DNA from: an uncultured Acidobacteriota bacterium
Lineage (GTDB): Bacteria; Acidobacteriota; Polarisedimenticolia; J045
Assembly: GCA_963702425.1 (NCBI GenBank)
Contig: CAVPCQ010000010.1
Span: 68,182-132,181, forward strand
Reading direction: 5' to 3'
Length of the DNA stretch: 64,000 nucleotides
In this document: in pieces, positions 39,004 to 48,980 of the stretch
Layout of the letters: every line of letters begins with the position of its first letter
How positions within the stretch are numbered: position 1 is the stretch's first letter
The notes under the pieces: generated by a model
The model's input: only the letters and a program-made list of their open reading frames with translations
The model's database searches: none
Told to the model about the DNA's origin: nothing
Position numbers and translations under genes: made by a program

Positions 39004-41388
39004 ATGTCCACGCTCGATCCGTCGCCGCCCTTCGGCGAAAACCGCAACAACCGCCTCGAGTTCGAAGCGCTGCTCTCGGACCTCTCTTCCCGGTTCATCG
39101 ACCTGTCACCGGACGAGGTGGACCGCGAGATCGAGGACGCGATGCGCCGGGTCTGCGAGTCCCTCGGCATCGACTTCTGCGTCCTCTGGCAGTGGTCGAA
39201 CCTGATACCCGGGGTCATCACGCCGACTCACATCCACTATGCGCATGGAGAGTTGCGATCGGCCGAGCCTCCCACGCAGATGCAGTTCCCGTGGGTCGAG
39301 AGCGAGATCCGGGCGTGCCGCGCAGTGGTTCTGCCGACGCTCGACGCGTTCCCGGACGAAGCGGGCCTCGACCGGGAGAGCGCCATGCGGTTCGGCATCC
39401 TCTCGAGCCTGACCCTGCCGCTCGCGGTAGGCGGCGACGCCCCCGTCGGCGCCCTGGCCTTCAACACGCAGCGGGCCCAGCGCGACTGGCCGGAAGCACT
39501 GGTGCGACGGCTGCAACTGATCGCGCAGATCTTCACCAACGCGCTCGCTCGGCGGCGCCGCGAGATCGACCTGCAGGAGAGCCGAGAACGCCTCGAGATG
39601 GCGGCGGACGCCGCCGAGGCCGGGCTCTGGACCCTCGACTTCGCCACCGACGGCTTCTGGGCCACGGGCCGGGCACGGGCGATCTTCGGCTACTCGCCCG
39701 ACGAGGTCCTCGACCTGGCGCGTTTCGAGGCCTCGGTCCATCCCGACGACTGGAGTCTCGTCCGAGGCGTGATCGATCGCTCCAGGAGCACCGGCGAACC
39801 CCTCAGCGTGGAGTACCGGATCTTCCGCCCGGGTGACGGGCAAGTGCGGTGGATCGCCTCCCGCGGACGGTGCCGCGTCGCAGCGAGCGGCACGCCGGTA
39901 CTCCTAATGGGGCTCTCCTCCGACATCACCGAGCGGAAGGGCGTCGACGAGGCGCTGCGCGCCGGCGAGGCGCGCCTGGCGGCGGGCGCCGACCTCGCCG
40001 GACTCGGGTTCTACGAGGTGAACTACGGAACGCGCACCGCATTCCTGGACGCCCGGTTGCGCCTGCTCCTCGGTCTGCCCCCGGATCCGGCGCCGGGCCT
40101 CTCGGACGTAGAGCTCTTCATGTCGCGTGTCCATCCCGACGACGGTCCGTCGTTCTTCGAGCAGCGCGGGCAGCTTCACGACGGACGGGTGCCGGAGGTC
40201 TCGGTCGAGTACCGTTACCTGCACCCGACCCGGGGAGAGCGGTGGCTGGACCATGTCGCCCGGATCGCGGCCCGCGACGCCGAGGGGCGGGCGCTGAAGG
40301 CGTACGGCGTCGTCCGCGACATCACCGCGAGACGGCAGCGCGAGGCAGCGCTCCGGGACTCCCTGGCGGAGATCGAGCGACTGAGAGACCGCCTCCAGGC
40401 CGAGAGCGACTACCTCAAGGCGGAGATCAAGCTGGCCCACGCGCACGGCGAGATCACCGGCAAGAGCGCGGCCATCAGGAAGGTCCTGCGCCTGGTGGAG
40501 CAGGTCGCCCCGACCGGCTCCACGGTCCTGATCAGCGGCGAGACCGGCACCGGCAAAGAACTCGTCGCCCGGGCGATCCACCGGTTGAGCCCCCGCCAAG
40601 GCCGCCTGATGGTCAGCGTCAACTGCGCCGCGCTGCCGTCCGGGCTGCTCGAGAGCGAGCTGTTCGGCCGCGAGAAAGGTGCGTACACCGGAGCGATGAC
40701 GCGGCAGGTCGGGCGCTTCGAGGTGGCCGATGGCTCGACCCTCTTCCTCGACGAGGTCGGTGAGATGTCGCTCGAGATGCAGGCCAAGCTGCTGCGGGTG
40801 CTGGAGTCGGGCGCGTTCGAGCGCCTCGGCAGCCCCCGCGCCATCCGGGTCGACGTGCGCGTGATCGCGGCCACCCACCGCGACCTGGCCGACGACGTCC
40901 GGACGGGGCGCTTCCGGGAGGATCTCTTCTATCGCCTCAATGTCTTCCCCATCCGCGTGCCGCCGCTGCGCGAACGGACCGAGGATCTCCCGCTGCTGGT
41001 GTGGGCCCTGCTCGAGGAGTGCTCGGCCCGCATGGGCAAGAAGATCACCAAGGTGCCACGCCTGACGATGGAGGCTCTGCAGCGCCGCCCCTGGCCGGGA
41101 AACGTCCGCGAGCTGCGGAACCTGATCGAGCACGCGGCGATCGTCACCGAGGGCGAGGTGCTCCGCATGCCGCTGATCGAAGAGCCCGCGCTGGCGTCGG
41201 CTCCAGCGCGAACGCTGGCCGAATCCGAGCGCGAGATCATCCTCCGCGCGCTCGAGACCGCCCACTGGCAGATCAAGGGGCCGCACGGCGCGGCCTCGAG
41301 ACTCGGGCTCAAGCCGTCGACGCTGTACGGCCGCATGCGGAAACTGGGGATCCGTCCTTCAGAGAAGAAAGAAGACGGCGCGGAGTAG
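39004..41388 (+). CDS. Sigma54-dependent enhancer-binding protein (GAF-PAS-PAS-AAA+-HTH, FhlA-like)
   Basis: GETGTGKE, ESELFGREKGAYTGA, LFLDEVGE, FREDLFYRLNVFPI, WPGNVREL; two PAS domains (VHPDD); C-terminal HTH. Confidence 0.95.
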   Translation: MSTLDPSPPFGENRNNRLEFEALLSDLSSRFIDLSPDEVDREIEDAMRRVCESLGIDFCVLWQWSNLIPGVITPTHIHYAHGELRSAEPPTQMQFPWVESEIRACRAVVLPTLDAFPDEAGLDRESAMRFGILSSLTLPLAVGGDAPVGALAFNTQRAQRDWPEALVRRLQLIAQIFTNALARRRREIDLQESRERLEMAADAAEAGLWTLDFATDGFWATGRARAIFGYSPDEVLDLARFEASVHPDDWSLVRGVIDRSRSTGEPLSVEYRIFRPGDGQVRWIASRGRCRVAASGTPVLLMGLSSDITERKGVDEALRAGEARLAAGADLAGLGFYEVNYGTRTAFLDARLRLLLGLPPDPAPGLSDVELFMSRVHPDDGPSFFEQRGQLHDGRVPEVSVEYRYLHPTRGERWLDHVARIAARDAEGRALKAYGVVRDITARRQREAALRDSLAEIERLRDRLQAESDYLKAEIKLAHAHGEITGKSAAIRKVLRLVEQVAPTGSTVLISGETGTGKELVARAIHRLSPRQGRLMVSVNCAALPSGLLESELFGREKGAYTGAMTRQVGRFEVADGSTLFLDEVGEMSLEMQAKLLRVLESGAFERLGSPRAIRVDVRVIAATHRDLADDVRTGRFREDLFYRLNVFPIRVPPLRERTEDLPLLVWALLEECSARMGKKITKVPRLTMEALQRRPWPGNVRELRNLIEHAAIVTEGEVLRMPLIEEPALASAPARTLAESEREIILRALETAHWQIKGPHGAASRLGLKPSTLYGRMRKLGIRPSEKKEDGAE

Positions 41389-41543
41389 CGGGCCGAGTTG
41401 CGAGCGCGGGACCAAATACGGACCCGCGGACGTCATGTGGCCCCCGGGGCCGTCGCAAGGGCTTCGGCCATCGAGGCGTCATCAGCAACGAAGTCCCCAA
41501 CGCGTAGCGAGTTAGCGAGTCACGCCGGGCCCGTCACTTGCAC

Positions 41544-41559
41544 TGGCACGAATCTAGCA
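41544..41559 (+). promoter_or_regulatory. Sigma54 (-24/-12) promoter
   Basis: TGGCACGAATCTAGCA: GG at 41545-6 and GC at 41557-8 with the required 10-bp spacing, immediately downstream of the activator gene. Confidence 0.8.
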
Positions 41560-41572
41560 AAAACACGGGAAG

Positions 41573-41929
41573 ATGATCGCAGGAACCCTCAGGATCAACC
41601 CGGCGCCGAACCGCCGCGCCGACGTCCTCGAGATCCTCAGGTCCATTCAGGAGCCGGTGCTGGCCCAGCCGGGTTGCACCGCCTTCCACCTCTACGAGGA
41701 GCTCGGTGACGAGCGGGCCATCGTGCTCGCCGAGATCTGGGAGGACCAGGCGTCGCTCGAGCGCCACCTGTGCTCGGAGGCCTACCGGCGGATCCTCGGC
41801 GCGATCGAGCTCTCCACCGATGCGCCGGAGATCCGCTTCGACCACGTGTCGGCGTCGGAAGGGATGGAGCTCGTCACGCGGCTGCGCAGCCCGGAAGGAA
41901 TGCAGGCCCCGCGACGAGAGACACCATGA
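41573..41929 (+). CDS. Antibiotic biosynthesis monooxygenase (ABM) domain protein
   Basis: QPGCTAFHLYEE, EIWEDQASLERHLCSEAY pattern; about 118 aa. Confidence 0.85.
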   Translation: MIAGTLRINPAPNRRADVLEILRSIQEPVLAQPGCTAFHLYEELGDERAIVLAEIWEDQASLERHLCSEAYRRILGAIELSTDAPEIRFDHVSASEGMELVTRLRSPEGMQAPRRETP

Positions 41930-42232
41930 AAGGATGTCAGCTCCGTGGGGCTGTCACCGCCGCCGGGAATGTCGATCGATCCGAGTCGCGGGTTCATTCC
42001 CGCGTTGAAGAGCGTCTGACGGCCCCGGCGAGACGATCCTCGTCTTCGGTCGGAGCGAGGGCGCAGGTGAAGATCCGCGCCGAGGCGTTCATGGAGGTGC
42101 TTGAGAGCCGGGCGAGCCAGCCCGGATGAGCCTCTGCCGCGATGCTCACCAACCATATCCAGGCGACCGGGTCTGGCATTGAACAACTCGCCATCACCGC
42201 TGGTCCGGTGAGGCACAAGTAAGGAGCGCACC

Positions 42233-42631
42233 ATGAGAAAGAAGCTGATGGACATGAACCCAGTAGACGACTTCGTCACAAGGAACACCCCGGGCCTCAA
42301 GATCTGGGATGAGCAGTGGGGCGGCATGCAGTGCGCCTACCACATCTTTGCCCCGGGTACTGACTTCACAGACATTCTGAAGGGAAAGGGACTGGAGCAC
42401 GATCTGTGTGGGGTTGAGCACTGGGCCTACGTCCTGAAGGGCTCCGTGGAGGTCATCTACCTGGACGGGACCATCGAGGTTTGCCACGCCGGGGACGTGT
42501 GCTTCTGGCCCGCTCCGCACAACTTCAAGTCGAAGGAAGGGGCCGAGATCATCCAGTTCAGCACCGCTGGAGGCTTGGCTGAGCAGGGCAAGAGAATCAA
42601 AGAATTTGTCGCGAACCAGATGAAGAAGTAG
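42233..42631 (+). CDS. Cupin-domain protein
   Basis: RBS TAAGGAG; HWAYVLKG...AGDVCFWPAPH cupin motifs; visibly lower GC than its neighbours. Confidence 0.75.
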   Translation: MRKKLMDMNPVDDFVTRNTPGLKIWDEQWGGMQCAYHIFAPGTDFTDILKGKGLEHDLCGVEHWAYVLKGSVEVIYLDGTIEVCHAGDVCFWPAPHNFKSKEGAEIIQFSTAGGLAEQGKRIKEFVANQMKK

Positions 42632-42836
42632 GTGAGGATGCGCCCGGAAGTGGACCGCCCGCCCCTCGTCCTGGGCGGTCCATCTCCCGCGGCCGCACAC
42701 CTCGGCCGAGACGACCAGACTGCCCCCGTGACATCGAATGAACCGGCAGGACTTGCCAAGGAGAGCCGGCAGGAGTTTCCGGAACCCACATTCGGGCCGT
42801 GCGAGAGGCCCTGGAGCGCCACGAAAGGAGAGAGAG

Positions 42837-43514
42837 ATGAAGCTCAAGACCGGTTCCACGCGCCGAGTCCACGCCAAGAACACCCGCGGGGCCGCGTTCT
42901 GCGGGCTGGGCGCCTTCGTCGGCGTCGGCAAGACGCAGCGCGCGCACGTCTACACGGCTGCCGTACTCCCGGTCGGCCCGGACGATTACAAGAAGATCGA
43001 TCCGACGAAGCTGGCGCGCGAGCTCGAGGTCGACATGTGCGCGGTCAACAGCGGCCGCTTCTGGATGATGGACGAAGTGGACTACGCCGGCGGCGATACC
43101 CAGGACTTCCACGGCGTCGGAATGAACTGGGCGGGTGACATGACCGGCGCCGAGATGCTGACCCAGTTCCAGAGCGCCTACGTGCCCTCGCTCATCCGGC
43201 GCAATACCATCTGGACCTGGCACGCCGGCACCAAGCTTCACCTGCTGCGCGAGCCCAACGGCACGGTGTGGGTCCTGCAGGAGTACACCAAGGCCGTCGA
43301 TCCGAGCCTCACGCCCGACACTCTCGACACGGTCGGCAGCAAGCTGCCGAACCTGCCGGCAGGCTGGAAGTTCGAAACCAAGGTTCTCGCCAAGGAGCTG
43401 ACGCTCGATACCGGCCGGGCCGGCGGGTGGGCCGCCATCATTCGCGACGACCTGCACTGCACTTATCAGGGCTGCGGCTACGGCGCCGACACCAGCGCCA
43501 ACTACATCCCCTAG
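42837..43514 (+). CDS. Conserved-looking hypothetical protein
   Basis: RBS AAGGAG; good codon bias; motifs RFWMMD, WVLQEY, VDPSLT, LPAGW, RDDLHCTYQ; no function recognised. Confidence 0.7.
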   Translation: MKLKTGSTRRVHAKNTRGAAFCGLGAFVGVGKTQRAHVYTAAVLPVGPDDYKKIDPTKLARELEVDMCAVNSGRFWMMDEVDYAGGDTQDFHGVGMNWAGDMTGAEMLTQFQSAYVPSLIRRNTIWTWHAGTKLHLLREPNGTVWVLQEYTKAVDPSLTPDTLDTVGSKLPNLPAGWKFETKVLAKELTLDTGRAGGWAAIIRDDLHCTYQGCGYGADTSANYIP

Positions 43515-43527
43515 GCCTGGGGCAGAC

Positions 43528-43629
43528 CAGGCGCTGGCCCAGGACTTCGACGGCGAGGGCAAGGACGGCCGCTTCGGGATGGACGTCCTCTACCAGGGGC
43601 CGCAGCTGACCGTCGCGTATACGATCTGA
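43528..43629 (+). pseudogene. C-terminal remnant resembling the last strands of an outer-membrane beta-barrel protein
   Basis: QALAQDFDGEGKDGRFGMDVLYQGPQLTVAYTI* with no start; alternating hydrophobic terminal strand. Confidence 0.4.
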
Positions 43630-43695
43630 TGGCCCGAGGCGCCGCGGGCGAAGCGTTTTCCGAAGCCCGTGGGCGCCCGTGACGAGAGGTGCCGC

Positions 43696-44340
43696 ATGAG
43701 CTTCCTTCACAGAGTCCTGCGCATTGCGGAGGTCGCGCTGCTGTGCGCCACGGGCATCGCCGCCGCGGCCCCACCGCTTCCGCCTGCAGCGACCACCGCC
43801 AAGGAGGCCACCGTGATCGACGCCAGCAAGCTGCCGAAAGCCAAACAGACCACCCTCGGACTCTACGTGACCGCCGCGCAGGCCTACGCGATGTGGCAGG
43901 CCGCGCCGGACAAGGTGAAGGTCATCGACGTGCGAACCCCCGAGGAGTTCGCCTTCGTCGGCCACCCGGCGATGGCGTGGAACGTCCCCCTCGCGTTCGT
44001 CACCTACCAGCGGAAGGGCGGCCGGTTCGAGTACGCGCCGAAGATGAACGTGGAGTTCGTGAATCTGGTGCGGGAGATCGCCCAGCCGGCCGAGACACTG
44101 CTCGTGACCTGCCGCTCCGGCGGCCGCAGCGCCATGGCTGTCAACCAGCTGGCGGCAGCCGGTTTCACCCACGTCTACAACATCGTCGACGGCGTGGAGG
44201 GCGACGCGGTGAACGACCCGGAAAGCGTCTTCCACGGCAAGCGGATGAAGAACGGCTGGAAGAACTCGGCGCCCTGGGTCTACGACATCGATCCCGAGAA
44301 GGTGATCCTCGAGGAAGGCAGTTCCAAGCAGACCAAGTGA
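43696..44340 (+). CDS. Exported rhodanese-like sulfurtransferase
   Basis: Signal peptide; IDVRTPEEF; active-site loop TCRSGGRS; YNIVDGVEG. Confidence 0.88.
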   Translation: MSFLHRVLRIAEVALLCATGIAAAAPPLPPAATTAKEATVIDASKLPKAKQTTLGLYVTAAQAYAMWQAAPDKVKVIDVRTPEEFAFVGHPAMAWNVPLAFVTYQRKGGRFEYAPKMNVEFVNLVREIAQPAETLLVTCRSGGRSAMAVNQLAAAGFTHVYNIVDGVEGDAVNDPESVFHGKRMKNGWKNSAPWVYDIDPEKVILEEGSSKQTK

Positions 44341-44372
44341 CTCCCTGCAGCGCGGTCGTCGGAGGACCACGG

Positions 44373-44882
44373 ATGGTAACCAGGAGGGCGAAGCGCACCC
44401 TCACGCGCCAGAACTTCCTCCGGACGGTCGCCAACGTCCTGGCCTCGAGCCCCGTCCTGGTCGCGGCGCTTTTCCGGCCGAAGACCTCGGCCGCGCTGCG
44501 CGAGAAGGTCGTGCTTGCGGTGACCGCGATCAACGACTGCGCCCTCTGCGCCTGGGGTCACTCCCACTGGGCGATGGCCAACGGCGTGCCGCTCGAGGAG
44601 GTCAACCAGATTCTCGGCGGCCAGATCGAATCGCTCGCAGCGGCGAACCCGGCCGAGGCCGCCGCGATTCTGTTCGCGCAGCATTACGCGGAGAGACTCG
44701 ACCGAATAGACCCGGAGTCGCTCGACAACCTGCGCCGATACTTCACCAAAGCCCAGGCAGCGGAGATCCTGGCCTACGTCCGCGCCATCACCCTCGGGAA
44801 CCTGTGCGGGAACACCCTGCAGGCGGCGCGAGACCGCCTGCGCGGGCGTGGAGCGGCGGGCGGCGGAAAGGAGGACCAATGA
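44373..44882 (+). CDS. AhpD / carboxymuconolactone decarboxylase family protein
   Basis: RBS GGAGG; REKVVLAVTAINDCALCAWGH (CxxC...H). Confidence 0.85.
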   Translation: MVTRRAKRTLTRQNFLRTVANVLASSPVLVAALFRPKTSAALREKVVLAVTAINDCALCAWGHSHWAMANGVPLEEVNQILGGQIESLAAANPAEAAAILFAQHYAERLDRIDPESLDNLRRYFTKAQAAEILAYVRAITLGNLCGNTLQAARDRLRGRGAAGGGKEDQ

Positions 44883-46102
44883 GCGAGTTCCCACGAGAAG
44901 GCCCGCCCGACGCCGACGGAGCCCCCGTCGGTCCGCCGGAGAACTTCGCCCTGATGAGCGGCGGCCCACTCTTTCGCCTCCTGTGTCGCACGCGCCTGTG
45001 CGGGGCCGGGCTGGAAAATGCGCCTCGGCGCGTGCTGGCGGTGGTCCTGCTCACCTGGCTGCCGCTGCTCCTGCTCTCGATCGTCGAGGGGCACGCCTGG
45101 GGCCGGAGCGTAACCGTGCCCTTTCTGCGCGACGTCGAAACCAACGTGCGCATGCTGATTGCGGCACCCCTGCTGATCCTGGGGGAGGTCCGTGCCAACC
45201 GCCTGCTGTCGCTGATCGCGGGCCTATTCGTCCGCAACGGCCTGATCTCCGGTGCGGCGCGCCCTCGGTTCGACGCGGCCATCGCTTCCGCGATGCGCCT
45301 GCGGAATTCGGTCTGGGCCGAAGTGGGACTGATCGCGTTCGTCTACGCCGTGGGCATGCCCTTCGTCTGGAGGGATCAGCTGGCGCTCGCCGCTGACAGC
45401 TGGTACGCCACCGCGGTGAACGGGCGGGCAGAGACCTGGCACGCCGGACTGTGGCTGGGCTTCGTCAGCATGCCGGTATTTCAGTTCCTGCTCCTGCGCT
45501 GGTTCTTCCGGATCTTCATCTGGACCCGCTTCCTGGTGCAGGTGTCTCGGATGGGTCTGCAACTGGAGCCAACACACCCCGACGGCACCGCAGGCCTGCT
45601 CTTCCTGGCCCGCGTGGGTCGCGCCTTCACGTACGTGGGCCTCGCCCTCGGAGCGACACTCTCCGGGTTGATCGCCAACCGGATCCTCCACGCCGACGCG
45701 ACGCTGCTCCAGTTCAAGCCGGAGATTGCCGGCACTGCGGCGCTGATCGTCGCGATCGTCTTCGGGCCGCTGATCGCATTCCACCCGCTGCTCCGCGCGA
45801 CCCGGCGCGAGGGCATGGTCGCGTATGGGACCTTGGGCCAGTCGTACGCGCGAGAGTTCGACAGCAGGTGGATCAGGGGAGTGCGCCCGACGAACGAGCC
45901 GCTGCTCGGCAGCCCGGACATCCAATCGCTGGCCGACCTCCACAACGGCTTCGAACTCGTCCGGCGCATCCGGCTCGCTCCCTTCACGATGAAGAACGTC
46001 ACCGAGTTCGCAGCAGCGAGCCTGCTGCCGCTCGCCCCACTCCTCCTCACGATGTTCTCCGCCGAGGAGTTGATCGAGCGCGTGCTGAAGGCCCTCCTGT
46101 GA
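44879..46102 (+). CDS. Multi-pass membrane protein of unknown function
   Basis: ATGA overlap with the previous stop; about 6-7 hydrophobic segments; motifs GGPLFRL, HPDGTAGL, LLGSPDIQSLADL. Confidence 0.8.
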   Translation: MSEFPREGPPDADGAPVGPPENFALMSGGPLFRLLCRTRLCGAGLENAPRRVLAVVLLTWLPLLLLSIVEGHAWGRSVTVPFLRDVETNVRMLIAAPLLILGEVRANRLLSLIAGLFVRNGLISGAARPRFDAAIASAMRLRNSVWAEVGLIAFVYAVGMPFVWRDQLALAADSWYATAVNGRAETWHAGLWLGFVSMPVFQFLLLRWFFRIFIWTRFLVQVSRMGLQLEPTHPDGTAGLLFLARVGRAFTYVGLALGATLSGLIANRILHADATLLQFKPEIAGTAALIVAIVFGPLIAFHPLLRATRREGMVAYGTLGQSYAREFDSRWIRGVRPTNEPLLGSPDIQSLADLHNGFELVRRIRLAPFTMKNVTEFAAASLLPLAPLLLTMFSAEELIERVLKALL

Positions 46103-46139
46103 CGGGCCCGCCACAGTCACCCTCCGCACGTGGCCGGCG

Positions 46140-47465
46140 GTGAGTACGAGGACTCTGCCGAGGACCCGTGCCGGCATCGTGTCGGTGCTCGTCCTGCTCA
46201 GCGGTGCGTCGGCCAGCGCCGAGTCGGCAGATCCGATCGTCCCCCCGGGCAACGGCGCGACCGGAGAAGTCCCACCCCCCGGGAGCAGCTCGGCGGCTCC
46301 GGCCGACTGGCGGACGCGCCAGGAGCTCAGCGGCGACTGGGGCGGCACCCGCAGCTGGCTGGAGGAGCGCGGGATCACGGTCCGTCCGCGGCTTGCGCAG
46401 TTCTACCAAGGAGTCACCGCAGGAGAAGGCGAGCACGGCTTCGTGTACGGCGGAAAGGCGGATCTTCTCGTCAGCGCCGATCTGGGCCAGCTGGGACTCT
46501 GGAAGGGCCTGTCGATGACCGTCCAGGCTGACCTCAACTTCGGAAAGAGCGTCAACGGCCGCGCGGGCGTCCTGGTACCGCCAAACACCGCGCTCCTCAC
46601 GCCGGGACTCGACGGAGCCGACGCATTCGACGTGTCGAGCCTGTATTTCGGCCAGACGTTCGGTTCGCGCGCCGCCGTGTTGTTCGGCAAGCTCAACATG
46701 ATCGAGGTGGTCGCCTCCAAGCTGTTCATGGGAGGGGCGGGCATCGACGCGTTCTGGAACCACACGTTCACGGCTACGCCCACTGGTACGGTGCCGCCGT
46801 ACCTCCTCGGAGCGCTCGGAGCGGTGTTCACCGAGCGGGCCACCTACCGTCTCTGGGTGTTCGACCCGAACAGCTTTGTCAACCGCGCGGTGGTCGACGA
46901 CCCGTTCGAGGACGGCGTGAGCGTCCGGGCAAGCGCGGACTTCAACATCTCAATTGGCGGGAGGTCCGGCCACCAGGGTGTCTCTGCGTACTACAGCACG
47001 ATGGACGGCACCGACCTGTCTACCCTCGGCGACATCCTGCTGCCGACTCCGGACCCGGGGGCGGTGACGACCGAAGACCACCGCTACTACTTCGCGTACG
47101 GGTTCGATCAGTACCTGTACCAGTCAGCCACGGATCCCAGCGAGGGCTACGGGCTGTTCGGCAACGTCGGCATCTCGGACGGCAACCCGAACGGCCTGCG
47201 CTGGTCGATGTACTTGGGCATCGGCGGCACCGGCGTAATCCGCTCTGGCAGCCGCGACCGCTGGGGCGCCGGCTACTACTACGACGGAATCAGCACTTAC
47301 GTCAAGGACGCGCTCCCGATCTCCGACGAGCAGGGGCTGGAGGTCTTCTATGACTTCGCGCTGACTCCATGGTTTTCGCTCGGCGTCGACCTGCAGGTGA
47401 TCGCGCCGGGGCTGGGTAGCACCACGGCGGTGATCCCCGGCGTACGCGCCGTCCTCCGCGTCTGA
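46140..47465 (+). CDS. Carbohydrate-selective porin (OprB family)
   Basis: Signal peptide; LSGDWGGTRSWLEERGI; EVFYDFALTPWFSLGVDLQVI. Confidence 0.88.
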   Translation: MSTRTLPRTRAGIVSVLVLLSGASASAESADPIVPPGNGATGEVPPPGSSSAAPADWRTRQELSGDWGGTRSWLEERGITVRPRLAQFYQGVTAGEGEHGFVYGGKADLLVSADLGQLGLWKGLSMTVQADLNFGKSVNGRAGVLVPPNTALLTPGLDGADAFDVSSLYFGQTFGSRAAVLFGKLNMIEVVASKLFMGGAGIDAFWNHTFTATPTGTVPPYLLGALGAVFTERATYRLWVFDPNSFVNRAVVDDPFEDGVSVRASADFNISIGGRSGHQGVSAYYSTMDGTDLSTLGDILLPTPDPGAVTTEDHRYYFAYGFDQYLYQSATDPSEGYGLFGNVGISDGNPNGLRWSMYLGIGGTGVIRSGSRDRWGAGYYYDGISTYVKDALPISDEQGLEVFYDFALTPWFSLGVDLQVIAPGLGSTTAVIPGVRAVLRV

Positions 47466-47859
47466 TGACAGAAGGGACCCTCGTGCTCATCGGCAGGCCA
47501 CGTCGGGTCGCCGGACCGCGTCGAGCAGGGGGCCGGGCTGCGCGATCCCGACATCCTGTCGGCCTCAGCCTGCGCTCGACGGGGACGATGACCCGGGACC
47601 TCGAGAACCACGCCCACGGCGTGCCGCTGGGGGTCGGCATTGGCAAGGCGTGCGCACCGACAGGCGGGCCAGGAGCTCGTTCGTCGATCCGTAGTGATCG
47701 ATGCTCGACGATGGGGCCGGGTGGCCCGCATGGCTGGTGCTCGTCGGCTTCAACGAATCGTTCAAGTGAGGTGCCCTTCGAGTCGAGCACTTCAGACGGC
47801 CGGGCCTGCCGTTCGGATGCCGCTCCCGCCGCCGGCCCGGTGGTGAGCAAGGAGATGAC

Positions 47860-48663
47860 ATGAGGACGAAATGCGGGGAACGTCCGCGGACGCGATTCGT
47901 GCGCCACGCGCTTGCAATCGCCGTGGCGCTCGCTGTTGCTTCCGGGCTGGCGACCGCCGGAACCGGGATTGCAGCGGATGCAGACGAGGTACTGCGCGAG
48001 ATGTCGAATTACGTCGGAAGTCTGCCAGCCTTCAGCGTCGACGCCGACGTCACCGTCGAGTACATCGACCTGGACGGGCAGAAGCTCCAGCTCTGCAGCT
48101 CGGGCAGCATCCTTCTCGCGCGTCCTGGGAACTACTACGCGAAGCGACGCGGGCCATCGGGGAGCTTCGAGGTCTACGCCGACGGCAAGACCGCGACGCT
48201 GTCGAACAGGGAACGTGGCGTGTACTTCAAGGTCCCCGTGCCCGGGACCATCGACGGGGTGATTTCGACCCTGCGCAACGAGACCGGCCTCGAGATGTCC
48301 GGTGCCGACCTGCTGTACGCCGACTCGTACGCCGGCCTGCTCACCGACGTGAGGACCGGAACCTACGAGGGGATCGGGTACATCAACGGTGTCGAGTGTC
48401 ACCACCTGGCGTTCCGGGCGGCGAAGGTCGACTGGCAGATCTGGGTACAGACCGGGGATCAGCCCCTGCCCATGAAGTACCTGATCACCACGAAGTGGAT
48501 GACCGGCGCTCCGGAGTACGTCGTGACTTTCGACAACTGGAACGTGCGGCCCGAGGTCCCTGCCGGCCGCTTCGTCTTCACCCCGGCAAGCGGCGCAACG
48601 AGGCTCGAGACGCTGCAGTTCAATGAGATGGGCGAGGTAGAGCTCGGTGGAGGCAAGCCATGA
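47860..48663 (+). CDS. DUF2092-type periplasmic protein (LolA-like fold)
   Basis: ADEVLREMSNY, GQKLQ, DGKT, GADLL, CHHLAFR, VDWQIWV, P.KYLIT. Confidence 0.85.
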   Translation: MRTKCGERPRTRFVRHALAIAVALAVASGLATAGTGIAADADEVLREMSNYVGSLPAFSVDADVTVEYIDLDGQKLQLCSSGSILLARPGNYYAKRRGPSGSFEVYADGKTATLSNRERGVYFKVPVPGTIDGVISTLRNETGLEMSGADLLYADSYAGLLTDVRTGTYEGIGYINGVECHHLAFRAAKVDWQIWVQTGDQPLPMKYLITTKWMTGAPEYVVTFDNWNVRPEVPAGRFVFTPASGATRLETLQFNEMGEVELGGGKP

Positions 48664-48980
48664 GTGTGAGCAGGCAGGTCAAGAGGGTCGCGCTCGTCGT
48701 CGGACTCGCCGGGATGCTCCTGCTCGCCGACGCGTGGGTTCCTGGTGGGATCGGCTCCGGTTCAGCCGAGGCCAGAGTCGGCCGCCCCGCGACTCCGGCG
48801 AGTGTCGCCGGAGTTGCCCGCCGGACCACGAGACGCTGCATCCGCAGGACGACGATCTACGTCGCCTCTCTCCCGCCGAGTTGCACGACGGTCGTCATCG
48901 AGGGTGCCACGCTGCAGCAGTGCGGCGGCACGTACTACCAGCCGTCCGGCAACCAATACGTCGTCGTTACCGTCGACTGA
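48660..48980 (+). CDS. Small exported Cys-containing protein
   Basis: ATGA overlap; signal peptide; GRPATPASVAGVARRTTRR and LPPSCTTV...QCGGTYYQP. Confidence 0.75.
   Translation: MSVSRQVKRVALVVGLAGMLLLADAWVPGGIGSGSAEARVGRPATPASVAGVARRTTRRCIRRTTIYVASLPPSCTTVVIEGATLQQCGGTYYQPSGNQYVVVTVD

Noticed and set aside
41926-42129. Small ORF overlapping the ABM stop (MKGCQLRG...)
   Set aside because: The coupling is suggestive, but there is no recognisable motif and codon bias is weak.
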